Made by a program: the position numbers and the translations under genes. From Limisphaerales bacterium (GTDB lineage: Bacteria; Verrucomicrobiota; Verrucomicrobiia; Limisphaerales; JAJOIW01): 64,000 bases of DNA. Shown in pieces: positions 19,654 to 28,773 of this stretch (position 1 is its first letter; each line of letters starts with the position of its first letter). The stretch is from NCBI GenBank assembly GCA_965657355.1, contig CBFHOE010000007.1, forward strand, positions 64,001-128,000, given 5' to 3'. Under the pieces are notes generated by a model. The model worked only from the letters and a program-made list of their open reading frames with translations, did not search any database and was not told the DNA's origin.

Positions 19654-20130
19654 CTATCTCGTATCCAACATAAATGTCACATCTCCTTCGGAGACAAGAA
19701 CATCATTTACGAAGCAACTACCAGCACCGCGGGCGATTTTTCCTTTCAGTCTGGTTAGTTTAAACTCAACTCTTAATTGATCACCGGGGACAACAGGTTT
19801 TCTAAATTTAACTTTATCCGCCGACATGAAATAGGCGATAGCACCCGGCAAATCACATTTCACCGATGTTAAAATGCCACCAACCTGAGCCATCGCTTCC
19901 AACTGCAAAACACCCGGCATAACTGGGGCACCCGGAAAATGACCTTGAAAAATACCTTCGTTGATAGTGACGTTCTTAATCGCCACAATTTTATCTTCGG
20001 AAATTTCTAACACCCTATCTACCATGAGCATTGGATACCGATGGGGAAGTGTTTCCAAGATTTTCTCAATGCCCATTTCCGACTTTTCCCCGGAACTTTT
20101 TAGTTTTTCTTCTGTTTCAACATTCGACAT
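19654..20130 (-). CDS. fabZ: 3-hydroxyacyl-ACP dehydratase
   Basis: LPHRYPMLMVDR, FQGHFPGAPVMPGVLQLEAMAQ, FRKPVVPGD. Confidence 0.97.
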   Translation of the reverse strand: MSNVETEEKLKSSGEKSEMGIEKILETLPHRYPMLMVDRVLEISEDKIVAIKNVTINEGIFQGHFPGAPVMPGVLQLEAMAQVGGILTSVKCDLPGAIAYFMSADKVKFRKPVVPGDQLRVEFKLTRLKGKIARGAGSCFVNDVLVSEGDVTFMLDTR

Positions 20131-20164
20131 TCAGTCAGCCTTGTATGAGATGATTATGATTATT

Positions 20165-21025
20165 TTATTCGGTGAGTTGTGCGGTCGTCTGTATACCTTC
20201 CATTATTTTCTGTGCCATAAGGCAATTTGCGGAATGGCCAGGTTTAATGGCTATAAAATGCCCTTTTAAGGGCCTTCCAACAAGAGATAAATCGCCCAAA
20301 ATGTCTAACATTTTGTGCCGAACAAACTCATTTTGATAACGCATAGGTTCTGTAGTCATAATGGCATCTTCGCGGATAATAACTGCATTTTGGAGTGATC
20401 CGCCTTGAATAAGACCGTGCTTGAAAAGTTGCTCCAATTCCTCAAAAAAACAAAACGTGCGCGCCTTGGACAGGTCTTTTATCCATGTATCTTTGGTGAT
20501 CTCTAGGGATTCAAACTGTGTAAATCGACCCATTTTATCCGCACTCGTACAGGAAATTTTCAACCCGTCGTATGGTAATGCCACCATCAATGTTTCCTCT
20601 AGATCAATATGGATTGGATGAGAAATGGCACAATCTTTAATATTTTCAGATAAATCCTCTATACCTGCTTCCTCCACCATTTTGTTGTAAACAGCGGAAC
20701 TCCCATCAGCAATAGGAGGCTCAGGGGCGCAGAGATCGATCACAAGGTTGTCGATGCCATATCCAGCTAAAGTGGCTAAGACGTGCTCGACAGTATGAAC
20801 ATGCACATCTCCTTTGGAAATAGTTGTTGAACGATTCGTTTGGGTCACAAACTCAACAGAAGCTGGAATTTCTGGTCGCTCCTCCAAATCGATGCGCCGA
20901 AATTTTATGCCGGAATTATCTGGTGCGGGCCTGAAGGTCATTTCCACCTCGTGCCCACTATGTAGGCCAATGCCGCTAAGCGAGATAGATTTCTGGATCG
21001 TTCTCTGTTTTCGCACGGTTATCAT
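20165..21025 (-). CDS. lpxC: UDP-3-O-acyl-N-acetylglucosamine deacetylase
   Basis: QRTI...GIGLHSG, TVEHVLA, DGS, ARTF, EFVRHKMLDILGDL, KPGH. Confidence 0.97.
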   Translation of the reverse strand: MITVRKQRTIQKSISLSGIGLHSGHEVEMTFRPAPDNSGIKFRRIDLEERPEIPASVEFVTQTNRSTTISKGDVHVHTVEHVLATLAGYGIDNLVIDLCAPEPPIADGSSAVYNKMVEEAGIEDLSENIKDCAISHPIHIDLEETLMVALPYDGLKISCTSADKMGRFTQFESLEITKDTWIKDLSKARTFCFFEELEQLFKHGLIQGGSLQNAVIIREDAIMTTEPMRYQNEFVRHKMLDILGDLSLVGRPLKGHFIAIKPGHSANCLMAQKIMEGIQTTAQLTE

Positions 21026-21109
21026 AATACTATTAAACCAGGGGATGTTAAATCGTTATCTTTTATCAAAATATTTTTCTATTGAAATGATGACTTCAGG
21101 CGAGGCAAA

Positions 21110-22513
21110 GTGAATTTAGTTACTCCAATGATGATAGTCGGAATTGAAGAAAAATTATCGCTAGACCCACAATTTAAACCAGCAATCCTTGCTTGGGATA
21201 AATGGAAAAAAGAATGTCTGGGTGGCCAAACCACGGAGACGGCAAAAATAAATCTGTCCAGGAATGATAATTCATTAACGTATTGGGAAATCCCGCTGAA
21301 AACCCCTGCTAAAGATTTCCTTAAAGAAAACGTAACCACATTAAAATTAATCATTAAATCACTCTTGTGGTCTCGAGGGGGTTACAAAATTTCGTTGGAG
21401 TGCCCGGATATCATCCTTGACGCTCTTAGGGATCACTACGAGGTAGACGCTTTGGCCCAATTTGATAAGGACATGATGGGGAATAAGATTTATTTGTCCG
21501 ATTTCCTGGTTGCCAAAGGTTTAAAATCATCAACTAGCCTCGAATCTTCAGCCCCTATCGGAAAAAATCTGGATGGCTGCCGCATAGGTTTTGACCTTGG
21601 TGCGAGCGACAGAAAAGTCGCAGCACTTATCGACGGCGAGGTCGTATTTAGCGAGGAAACAGTCTGGAGCCCCGTGGAACAAAGTGATCCAGCATGGCAT
21701 TTCAATGAAATAATGGATTCACTAAATAAGGCGGCCGCAAAACTTCCACGAGTCGATGCCATTGGCGGCTCATCAGCAGGCGTCTATGTGGACAATGAGG
21801 TTCGTGTCGCCTCGTTATTCAGGAGCGTGCCCAAGGAACTTTTCAATTCGGATGTCAGACCTATTTTTAAAAACATTCAAAAAGAATGGGGAGGAATACC
21901 TTTTCAAATAATAAACGATGGTGCGGTGACGGCCCTGGCAGGTTCCATGGCTCTCGGAGAGAATGGTGTTTTAGGTATCGCCATGGGGTCAAGCATGGCA
22001 TGCGGGTACGTCGATAAATCAGGAAAAATTAATCCTTGGCTCGATGAATTAGCTTTCTGCCCTATTGATTGGGGCGAAGACGCTCACATTGATGAATGGT
22101 CCAAGGCCCCCGGATGTGGGGTACAATATTTTTCACAACAAGCTGTGGGTCGGCTTTTGAAACCAGCAGGTATAGATTTACCGGGTAATCTAGGGTTACC
22201 CGCTAAGTTGGTCGAGGTTCAAAAATTGATGGAAGCCGGCGACCAAAGAGCCACAGAGATATATAAAACCATCGGCACCTACTTGGGCTACACCATTCCT
22301 TATTATGATGATTTCTACGACTTTGATTACCTTCTTATTCTAGGACGCGTCATGACAGGTTTAGGGGGAGACATTATCCTAGATACGGCGCGTGAGATAT
22401 TGGACAAGAACTTTGCTGATATCTCTCAAAGACTGAAATTCCACGTTCCCGGGGAAAGAGAAAAGAGACATGGTCAAGCGATTGCAGCGGCTAGCTTACC
22501 CAAACTGAAATAA
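21110..22513 (+). CDS. ROK-family sugar kinase-like protein with N-terminal extension
   Basis: 'IGFDLGASDRK', 'INDGAVTALAG', 'GIAMGSSMACG', 'DELAF'. Confidence 0.8.
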   Translation: MNLVTPMMIVGIEEKLSLDPQFKPAILAWDKWKKECLGGQTTETAKINLSRNDNSLTYWEIPLKTPAKDFLKENVTTLKLIIKSLLWSRGGYKISLECPDIILDALRDHYEVDALAQFDKDMMGNKIYLSDFLVAKGLKSSTSLESSAPIGKNLDGCRIGFDLGASDRKVAALIDGEVVFSEETVWSPVEQSDPAWHFNEIMDSLNKAAAKLPRVDAIGGSSAGVYVDNEVRVASLFRSVPKELFNSDVRPIFKNIQKEWGGIPFQIINDGAVTALAGSMALGENGVLGIAMGSSMACGYVDKSGKINPWLDELAFCPIDWGEDAHIDEWSKAPGCGVQYFSQQAVGRLLKPAGIDLPGNLGLPAKLVEVQKLMEAGDQRATEIYKTIGTYLGYTIPYYDDFYDFDYLLILGRVMTGLGGDIILDTAREILDKNFADISQRLKFHVPGEREKRHGQAIAAASLPKLK

Positions 22514-22559
22514 TCACCGCGAATACTTGTTTGAAGTAGTCGGCAACTAGAAGAATCAT

Positions 22560-23426
22560 ATGAATCCCTATCAAAACTTAGTCGAAAAAATCGCAGCTTT
22601 AGTTGAAAATGGAAATAAGCTTCCGCTTGGTGAGTTTACCATTGAAGAACGAGAGCCACAGGCAGATGGTGCCCCGGTGGCTATGATTTTGTCACCACAC
22701 CCAGATGATGAGTGCATTATCGGCGGGCTTCCGTTGAGATTACAAAGAGAGAACGGCTATCGAGTCATAAATGTTGCTGTCACCCAGGGGTCGCATCCCG
22801 AGCGCCAAATCCCCAGATTGGAGGAACTCATACCCGCTTGCAAGTATCTCAACTTTGAGTTGGTGCAAACTGATCCACGTGGGTTGTCGAGAATAAAACC
22901 GGAAGTTAGAGAAAGCGACCCTTGCTATTGGTCGAAGGCGACAGAAATAACCAAAGGTATCATCGAAAAATATAATCCTAAAATCATTCTTTTCCCGCAT
23001 GAATTGGATCAAAACAGTGGCCATGTAGGTGTCAACCTTTTAGCATTTGATGCCTTAAAAGCCTGCGATGATTCTATCAGCCCTGTTATTTGCGAAACAG
23101 AATTCTGGAGCCCCATGAGAGACCCAAATCTTCTCATGGAAATCTCTAATAAAGAACTAACAGACATGCTTACGGCGCTTTCATTTCACGTAGGTGAAGT
23201 CAAAAGAAATCCCTACCATATTCGCACCCCCATGTGGATGGTCGATAATGTAAGAAGAGGAGGAGAAATTGTAGGAAAGCAAGGCGGTACTCCGCCAGAT
23301 TTCACCTATGGCGTCATTTACCGTTTGTCACAATGGAACAAAAATCAAAAAAACAATTTTCTTGATGAAGGGGTGTTCATTTCTGCCCATGAAGATATCT
23401 GCCAATTGATACCCGGGTTGAGCTAA
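22560..23426 (+). CDS. PIG-L/LmbE-family N-acetyl sugar deacetylase
   Basis: 'SPHPDDECIIGG', 'RLEE', 'FPHELDQNSGH'. Confidence 0.88.
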   Translation: MNPYQNLVEKIAALVENGNKLPLGEFTIEEREPQADGAPVAMILSPHPDDECIIGGLPLRLQRENGYRVINVAVTQGSHPERQIPRLEELIPACKYLNFELVQTDPRGLSRIKPEVRESDPCYWSKATEITKGIIEKYNPKIILFPHELDQNSGHVGVNLLAFDALKACDDSISPVICETEFWSPMRDPNLLMEISNKELTDMLTALSFHVGEVKRNPYHIRTPMWMVDNVRRGGEIVGKQGGTPPDFTYGVIYRLSQWNKNQKNNFLDEGVFISAHEDICQLIPGLS

Positions 23427-23631
23427 AACTCAATTCGATATAGGTCTCTCGAGATTGCCTTCACCGTTCAATCGGATAATCCCTCTCCAGAAAGCGGGAG
23501 GACAACATGCTTTAACTTAGACCTAAAAAATGAGGCGACGAGTCATAGTGGACGGTATACTGACCCTAACCCTTAATAGAAAGTTTACAGAGAAAGGGAC
23601 AAGTTCAGTGGTTAACTTTTTTCCTATAAAC

Positions 23632-23756
23632 TAAATTGGGATGTGTATGTTTCGACATTCTAGGGCCCTAGGGCCTAATTTTTCAAACGAGAAGGAATTG
23701 ACGGTTTGGATCTCTCACGTGACGGACATCGCATTTTGAAAATTAAATTGGGATGT
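23632..23756. repeat. 13-bp direct repeat TAAATTGGGATGT enclosing short palindromes
   Basis: Copies at 23632-23644 and 23744-23756; internal palindromes CTAGGGCCCTAG (23660-23671) and TCACGTGA. Confidence 0.6.
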
Positions 23757-23792
23757 TTTGGAGTGCGAATAAAAATAGACTAAGATGAGTCT

Positions 23793-24290
23793 ATGACTTT
23801 CTTATCAAAGCACAGACAGGTTGTCGGACTGTTTTTTTGGCTTTTAATAAGCTTTACGGCGGCTTTCATCGGGGCGACAGCAACCATGCAAGCAAAGTCA
23901 TTTTACAACCAACTCACACAACCAGTGTTTGCTCCACCGTCATGGGTTTTTGGCCCGGTATGGAGTGTTTTGTATACAATGATGGGAGTTGCAGCTTGGT
24001 TGGTTTGGCGTTCCGGTGGGTTTAAGCAGAACCAAATTTCTCTATTATTGTTTTTTGCTCAGTTAGCTTTTAATTCCATATGGAGTTGGCTATTTTTCGC
24101 TTGGTCATTAGGTTTGATAGCTTTTGTCGAAATCTTATTTTTATGGATTCTTATTCTTTCAACTCTGGTTACTTTCTGGAGAACGCATACCATGGCTGGC
24201 TTACTCCTGATTCCTTATTTATTGTGGGTCAGCTTTGCTGCGTTTTTAAATTATTTCCTATGGAAACTTAATCCGAAAATACTGGGCTAA
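23793..24290 (+). CDS. tspO: TspO/MBR tryptophan-rich sensory protein
   Basis: 'FYNQLTQPVFAPPSWVFGPVWSVLYTMMG', 'NSIWSWLFF', 'LLIPYLLWVSFAAFLN'. Confidence 0.95.
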   Translation: MTFLSKHRQVVGLFFWLLISFTAAFIGATATMQAKSFYNQLTQPVFAPPSWVFGPVWSVLYTMMGVAAWLVWRSGGFKQNQISLLLFFAQLAFNSIWSWLFFAWSLGLIAFVEILFLWILILSTLVTFWRTHTMAGLLLIPYLLWVSFAAFLNYFLWKLNPKILG

Positions 24291-24367
24291 GAAATTATTA
24301 TCCTATAAACCCATGAGAATTTAAATGTTGTACACCACAATAACTGTAAAAAATTACCGAAAGATTA

Positions 24368-25180
24368 TTGATGCAAAATACAGCACGTAGAACATTGATA
24401 TTTTTTATTTTTTTCTCAATCTCGGCCATTTCTATTTCGAGTCCATTGAAGAAAAAGCTCCCTGTAGAGGGAGGTGTGGTATTCCGCATAGAAAATCGCA
24501 CAGCCTTTCTTATAAAGCCCAAAGCGAGCAATTCTAATTTACTGACACCATGGGTATTGTATGCCCCAACTTTGAGAGGCCTTCCGGGAAATGCGGAGAA
24601 TTGGATGTTCAATCGATTTCTGGAAAAAGGAATTGCCATCGCCGGAATTGATGTGGGCGAATCATATGGAAGCCCTGAAGGCAGAAAACTTTATACCAGC
24701 TTATACAATGAGCTCATTCATAAACACGGATTGTCCCGAAAAGTATCGCTACTAGCACGAAGCCGAGGTGGTTTAATGCTATACAACTGGGCCGCTGAAA
24801 ACCCAAAAATAATTGCATGCATAGCCGGAATTTACCCTGTTTGTAATCTGGAAAGTTATCCGGGCTTAAAGCGTGCTGCTGGTGCGTATAGGATGACACA
24901 TGATGAGCTTAGGGCGAATCTAAGCCGCCATAACCCCGTAGATAATTTAATTCCTCTAGCCAAAGCAAAAGTTCCCATATTTCATATCCACGGTAATGTA
25001 GATAAAGTCGTGCCCATTGAAGACAATTCTCTTTTAGTCAAAAGAAGGTATGAAAAACTCAGTGGCACAATGGACCTCGAGATAATTGATGGGCAAGGTC
25101 ACAACATGTGGTCTGGCTGGTTTACAAGTCAAAGGCTGGTGGATTTCGTCATCAATCACAGTACGCCTAAAAATCTTTAA
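24368..25180 (+). CDS. Secreted alpha/beta hydrolase (S9-like)
   Basis: Signal peptide; nucleophile elbow ARSRGG; 'HIHGNVDKVVP'; 'GQGHN'. Confidence 0.8.
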   Translation: MMQNTARRTLIFFIFFSISAISISSPLKKKLPVEGGVVFRIENRTAFLIKPKASNSNLLTPWVLYAPTLRGLPGNAENWMFNRFLEKGIAIAGIDVGESYGSPEGRKLYTSLYNELIHKHGLSRKVSLLARSRGGLMLYNWAAENPKIIACIAGIYPVCNLESYPGLKRAAGAYRMTHDELRANLSRHNPVDNLIPLAKAKVPIFHIHGNVDKVVPIEDNSLLVKRRYEKLSGTMDLEIIDGQGHNMWSGWFTSQRLVDFVINHSTPKNL

Positions 25181-25182
25181 CG

Positions 25183-25956
25183 ATGTCGGACAATTTAAAC
25201 CACTTATTATCAAATCGTAATCCCGCCGTGATCGAAAACAGGCATGGAAAAAGCCCAGTTCTTTTAATCTGTGAACACGCAGGGCGGCTCCTTCCAAAAT
25301 CTCATGGTTTACTTGGAATTAACGAGACTGAAATGGCGAGCCACATTGCATGGGATATTGGAGCGGCCCAGCTTGCAAAAAGGCTCTCTAGAAAATTAAA
25401 TGCTACACTGGTTATGCAGGCCTATTCTCGATTGTTTTTTGATTGCAATAGAAGTCTAGATGCGCCAGACGCGATTGTTACGGAATCAGATGGAATCATT
25501 ATTCCCAAAAACCAAAATTTGTCGAAGGCACAAAGAACAGAGCGGCGCGATCTAATATACACGCCATTTCACCAAAGTATATTAGATGTCATCGATGAAA
25601 GATTAAAAAAAGGCGAAAAAACAGTTATCGTAACCATTCACAGCTTCACATCATTTTACAGAGGTAAAAAGAGAGACTTAGATTTTGGAATTATTCATGA
25701 CGGATATCTAGAGTTAGCTCAAGCATTGCAAAAAACAGCCATCTTAGATAAGGATTACATTTGTGCTTTAAACGAACCTTATTCCGCTAAAGACGGAGTC
25801 ACACATACACTAAAAACACACGGCGAAAGCCGCAAACTACCTAATGTCATGCTCGAAATATGCAATGACTTGATAGGCACACACCAAGGTCAGGCTATCT
25901 GGGCAGATAGCCTGGAAAGATTAATTACGTGCTCGCTAAGTAAGATCATTGGTTAA
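25183..25956 (+). CDS. N-formylglutamate amidohydrolase family (putative gamma-glutamyl amidohydrolase)
   Basis: 'LICEHAG', 'HIAWDIGA', 'YSRLFFDCNR', 'TIHSFT', 'NEPYS', 'MLEI'. Confidence 0.9.
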   Translation: MSDNLNHLLSNRNPAVIENRHGKSPVLLICEHAGRLLPKSHGLLGINETEMASHIAWDIGAAQLAKRLSRKLNATLVMQAYSRLFFDCNRSLDAPDAIVTESDGIIIPKNQNLSKAQRTERRDLIYTPFHQSILDVIDERLKKGEKTVIVTIHSFTSFYRGKKRDLDFGIIHDGYLELAQALQKTAILDKDYICALNEPYSAKDGVTHTLKTHGESRKLPNVMLEICNDLIGTHQGQAIWADSLERLITCSLSKIIG

Positions 25957-25989
25957 GGGCGATTAATACAGCGTGAAGGACTAAGAATT

Positions 25990-27360
25990 ATGAAAGGACT
26001 TTTATCAATTGAGCAGTTAAAAGGGCAAATCGCATCTGGTGCTATCGATACAGTTGTGGCTTGCCAAATTGACATGCAAGGCAGGCTGATGGGAAAACGT
26101 TTCCAAGCAGAATACTTTGTTGATCAGGCCTGGAATGAAACACATAGCTGTAATTATCTTCTCGCGACTGACATGGAAATGGAAACGGTAGATGGTTACA
26201 AATCAACCAGCTGGGAAGCGGGTTACGGAGATTTCGTCATGAAACCAGACTTGGCTACTCTACGAATAACGCCCTGGCTGGAAGGGACTGCATTGGTTAT
26301 TTGCGATGTCCTCGACCATCACCACCATAAACCCGTCCCTCATTCACCCCGTGCCGTATTGCAAAAGCAAATCGCACGACTTGAAAAATTGGGGATGACG
26401 GCATTCATGGCCTCAGAATTAGAATTTTTCTTATTTGATCAGAGCTACGAATCAGCTCAGGAAAATAATTATCAGAGTCTCAAAACAAGTAGCGCGTATA
26501 ATGAGGATTATCACATTTTCCAAACCACCAAGGAAGAGGATGTGATGAGAGCCATAAGAAATGGTCTTCAAGGGGCAGGAATTCCGGTCGAAAATTCAAA
26601 AGGTGAAGCGTGTTCAGGGCAAGAGGAAATAAATGTTGTATACTCTGAGCCCCTGGAAATGGCAGACCGGCATTCCATTATAAAAAACAGTTGTAAAGAG
26701 ATCGCATGGAGCAAAGGAAAGGCCGTTACTTTTATGGCGAAGTGGTCTTTTAACCATGCAGGAAATTCCTCCCATATCCATCAGTCATTGTGGAGTAAAG
26801 ATGGAAAAGAACCATTATTTTATGACCCGAGTGCACCTCATGGAATGTCCAAAATCATGCGGCAATACCTGGCTGGGTTACTCAAACATGCCAGTGCGGG
26901 AACCTATTTCCTTGCTCCTAACATAAATTCTTACAAACGTTTTATGGCTGGAACGTTTGCTCCTACCAGAGCCATCTGGAGTTTAGATAATAGGACTGCC
27001 GGGTATAGAGTCTGCGGAGAGAAAAGTAAATCAGTGAGAGTAGAATGTCGAGTTGGCGGTGGCGACCTCAATCCCTATCTTGCATTTGCATCTCAGCTAG
27101 CTGCTGGCATCGATGGAATTGAAAACCAATTAGAATTGGAAGATGAGTTTTCAGGAAATGCCTATAATGATGAAACTCTCCGAGAAATCCCGAAGACATT
27201 AAGGGAAGCTACGCAGGCTTTAAATGACTCGGAAATGCTAAGAAAAGCTTTTGGCGATGATGTCATCGATCATTATGTTCACGCTGCTCACTATGAACAA
27301 TTTGAATATGATCGACGCGTAACGAACTGGGAGGTTGCCCGCGGATTCGAACGCTCGTAA
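25990..27360 (+). CDS. Glutamine synthetase-like gamma-glutamyl ligase (PuuA/GlnA4 type)
   Basis: 'DMQGRLMGKR', 'ASELEFF', 'GQEEIN', 'GNSSHIHQSL', 'DNRTAGYR', 'VECRVGG..NPY'. Confidence 0.9.
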   Translation: MKGLLSIEQLKGQIASGAIDTVVACQIDMQGRLMGKRFQAEYFVDQAWNETHSCNYLLATDMEMETVDGYKSTSWEAGYGDFVMKPDLATLRITPWLEGTALVICDVLDHHHHKPVPHSPRAVLQKQIARLEKLGMTAFMASELEFFLFDQSYESAQENNYQSLKTSSAYNEDYHIFQTTKEEDVMRAIRNGLQGAGIPVENSKGEACSGQEEINVVYSEPLEMADRHSIIKNSCKEIAWSKGKAVTFMAKWSFNHAGNSSHIHQSLWSKDGKEPLFYDPSAPHGMSKIMRQYLAGLLKHASAGTYFLAPNINSYKRFMAGTFAPTRAIWSLDNRTAGYRVCGEKSKSVRVECRVGGGDLNPYLAFASQLAAGIDGIENQLELEDEFSGNAYNDETLREIPKTLREATQALNDSEMLRKAFGDDVIDHYVHAAHYEQFEYDRRVTNWEVARGFERS

Positions 27361-27383
27361 AACTTTCACTTTTCGAAAAAAGA

Positions 27384-28769
27384 ATGTCATTAATCCAGTG
27401 TATCAGTCCTGTAGACGGTAGTATTTTTACTGAAAAAGAAACAGCTTCAGAAAAAAAAATTCAGGAAGCTCTAAAATCGTCTAAATCTGCCCAGAAGAAA
27501 TGGATGCAGATACCAATCCATGAGCGCGCAGCATTGTCCACCAGAGCTGTAGACTTGATCGCGGAGGATTGCAAAGAAATCTCTGAAGAATTGACCTGGC
27601 AAATGGGGCGCCCCATCACACAAGCGCCCGGCGAAGTAAGTGGTTTTGAAGAGCGAGCCAGACACATGATAAGCATCGCAGAAAATTCACTAGCCGACAT
27701 AACACCTGCACCCAAAGATGGTTTCAAAAGGTATATTCAACGTGAGCCTTTAGGGGTGGCATTCGTCGTCGCTCCCTGGAACTACCCTTACCTCACAAGT
27801 GTCAATGCCATTATCCCCGCCCTTCTGGCAGGAAACAGCGTTATCTTGAAACATTCTGCACAAACACCACTTTGTGCAGAACGACTTCAGAAAGCTTTTG
27901 ATCGAGCGGGTTTACCCAATGGCGTTTTTCAACATTTACATTTGACACATTCGGATGTCGAAAATGTCATCAAATCGCCGGAAGTAAACTTCGTCGCATT
28001 TACAGGATCAGTACCTGGAGGCAAGGCAATAGAGCGAGCTGCTTTGGGGAAATTTATTGGAATGGGACTAGAACTAGGCGGGAAGGATTCGGCATATGTA
28101 AGAAGGGATTCAAATTTACAACATGCTATTGAAACAGTGACAGATGGGGCCATGTTTAATTCTGGTCAATCTTGCTGTGGAATCGAAAGAGCCTATGTCG
28201 AGGAGTCATTATTTGAGGATTTCGTTGATGGTATCACCAGCTTGGTAAAACAATACCGTCTCGGAAGGCCAGACTTGAAAGAAACGACATTGGGCCCCAT
28301 GGTGAAGACGACAGCAGCCGACTTTGTCAGAGACCAAATCGACGAGGCTATTTCCATGGGGGCCGAAGCCCTTATTGATCCGAATCTTTTCAACATAAAC
28401 GAAAACCGAACACCTTATATGGCACCACAAGTCTTGATTAAAGTTAATCATTCCATGCGTGTGATGAACGAAGAATCTTTTGGTCCTGTTATCGGAATAA
28501 TGCCTGTCTCTGGGGACGAGGAAGCAATCCAACTTATGAACGATTCTGAGTTTGGCTTAACCGGGGCAGTATTTACTCAAGATGAAGATGCAGCCATTAA
28601 AATTGGAAATCAGGTCCAAACAGGAACATGGTTCATGAATCGATGCGATTACTTGGATCCAGCACTTGCTTGGACAGGTGTGAAAAATTCAGGTCGAGGC
28701 TGTACCTTATCACAAGTTGGTTTCGAGCACTTAACACGGCCCAAATCTTTTCACTTAAAAAAGGTTTAA
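27384..28769 (+). CDS. Aldehyde dehydrogenase
   Basis: PWNYP, FTGS, LELGGKD, NSGQSCC, EESFGPV. Confidence 0.95.
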   Translation: MSLIQCISPVDGSIFTEKETASEKKIQEALKSSKSAQKKWMQIPIHERAALSTRAVDLIAEDCKEISEELTWQMGRPITQAPGEVSGFEERARHMISIAENSLADITPAPKDGFKRYIQREPLGVAFVVAPWNYPYLTSVNAIIPALLAGNSVILKHSAQTPLCAERLQKAFDRAGLPNGVFQHLHLTHSDVENVIKSPEVNFVAFTGSVPGGKAIERAALGKFIGMGLELGGKDSAYVRRDSNLQHAIETVTDGAMFNSGQSCCGIERAYVEESLFEDFVDGITSLVKQYRLGRPDLKETTLGPMVKTTAADFVRDQIDEAISMGAEALIDPNLFNINENRTPYMAPQVLIKVNHSMRVMNEESFGPVIGIMPVSGDEEAIQLMNDSEFGLTGAVFTQDEDAAIKIGNQVQTGTWFMNRCDYLDPALAWTGVKNSGRGCTLSQVGFEHLTRPKSFHLKKV

Positions 28770-28773
28770 CATT

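Noticed and set aside
23692..23704. AAGGAATTGACGG, identical to part of a conserved 16S rRNA motif
   Set aside because: Only 13 nt match and the flanks show no rRNA similarity; most likely chance.
25990..27360. Housekeeping glutamine synthetase glnA
   Set aside because: The DMQGRLMGKR-type N-terminus and the ALDH/ADH/FGase context indicate a gamma-glutamyl ligase.
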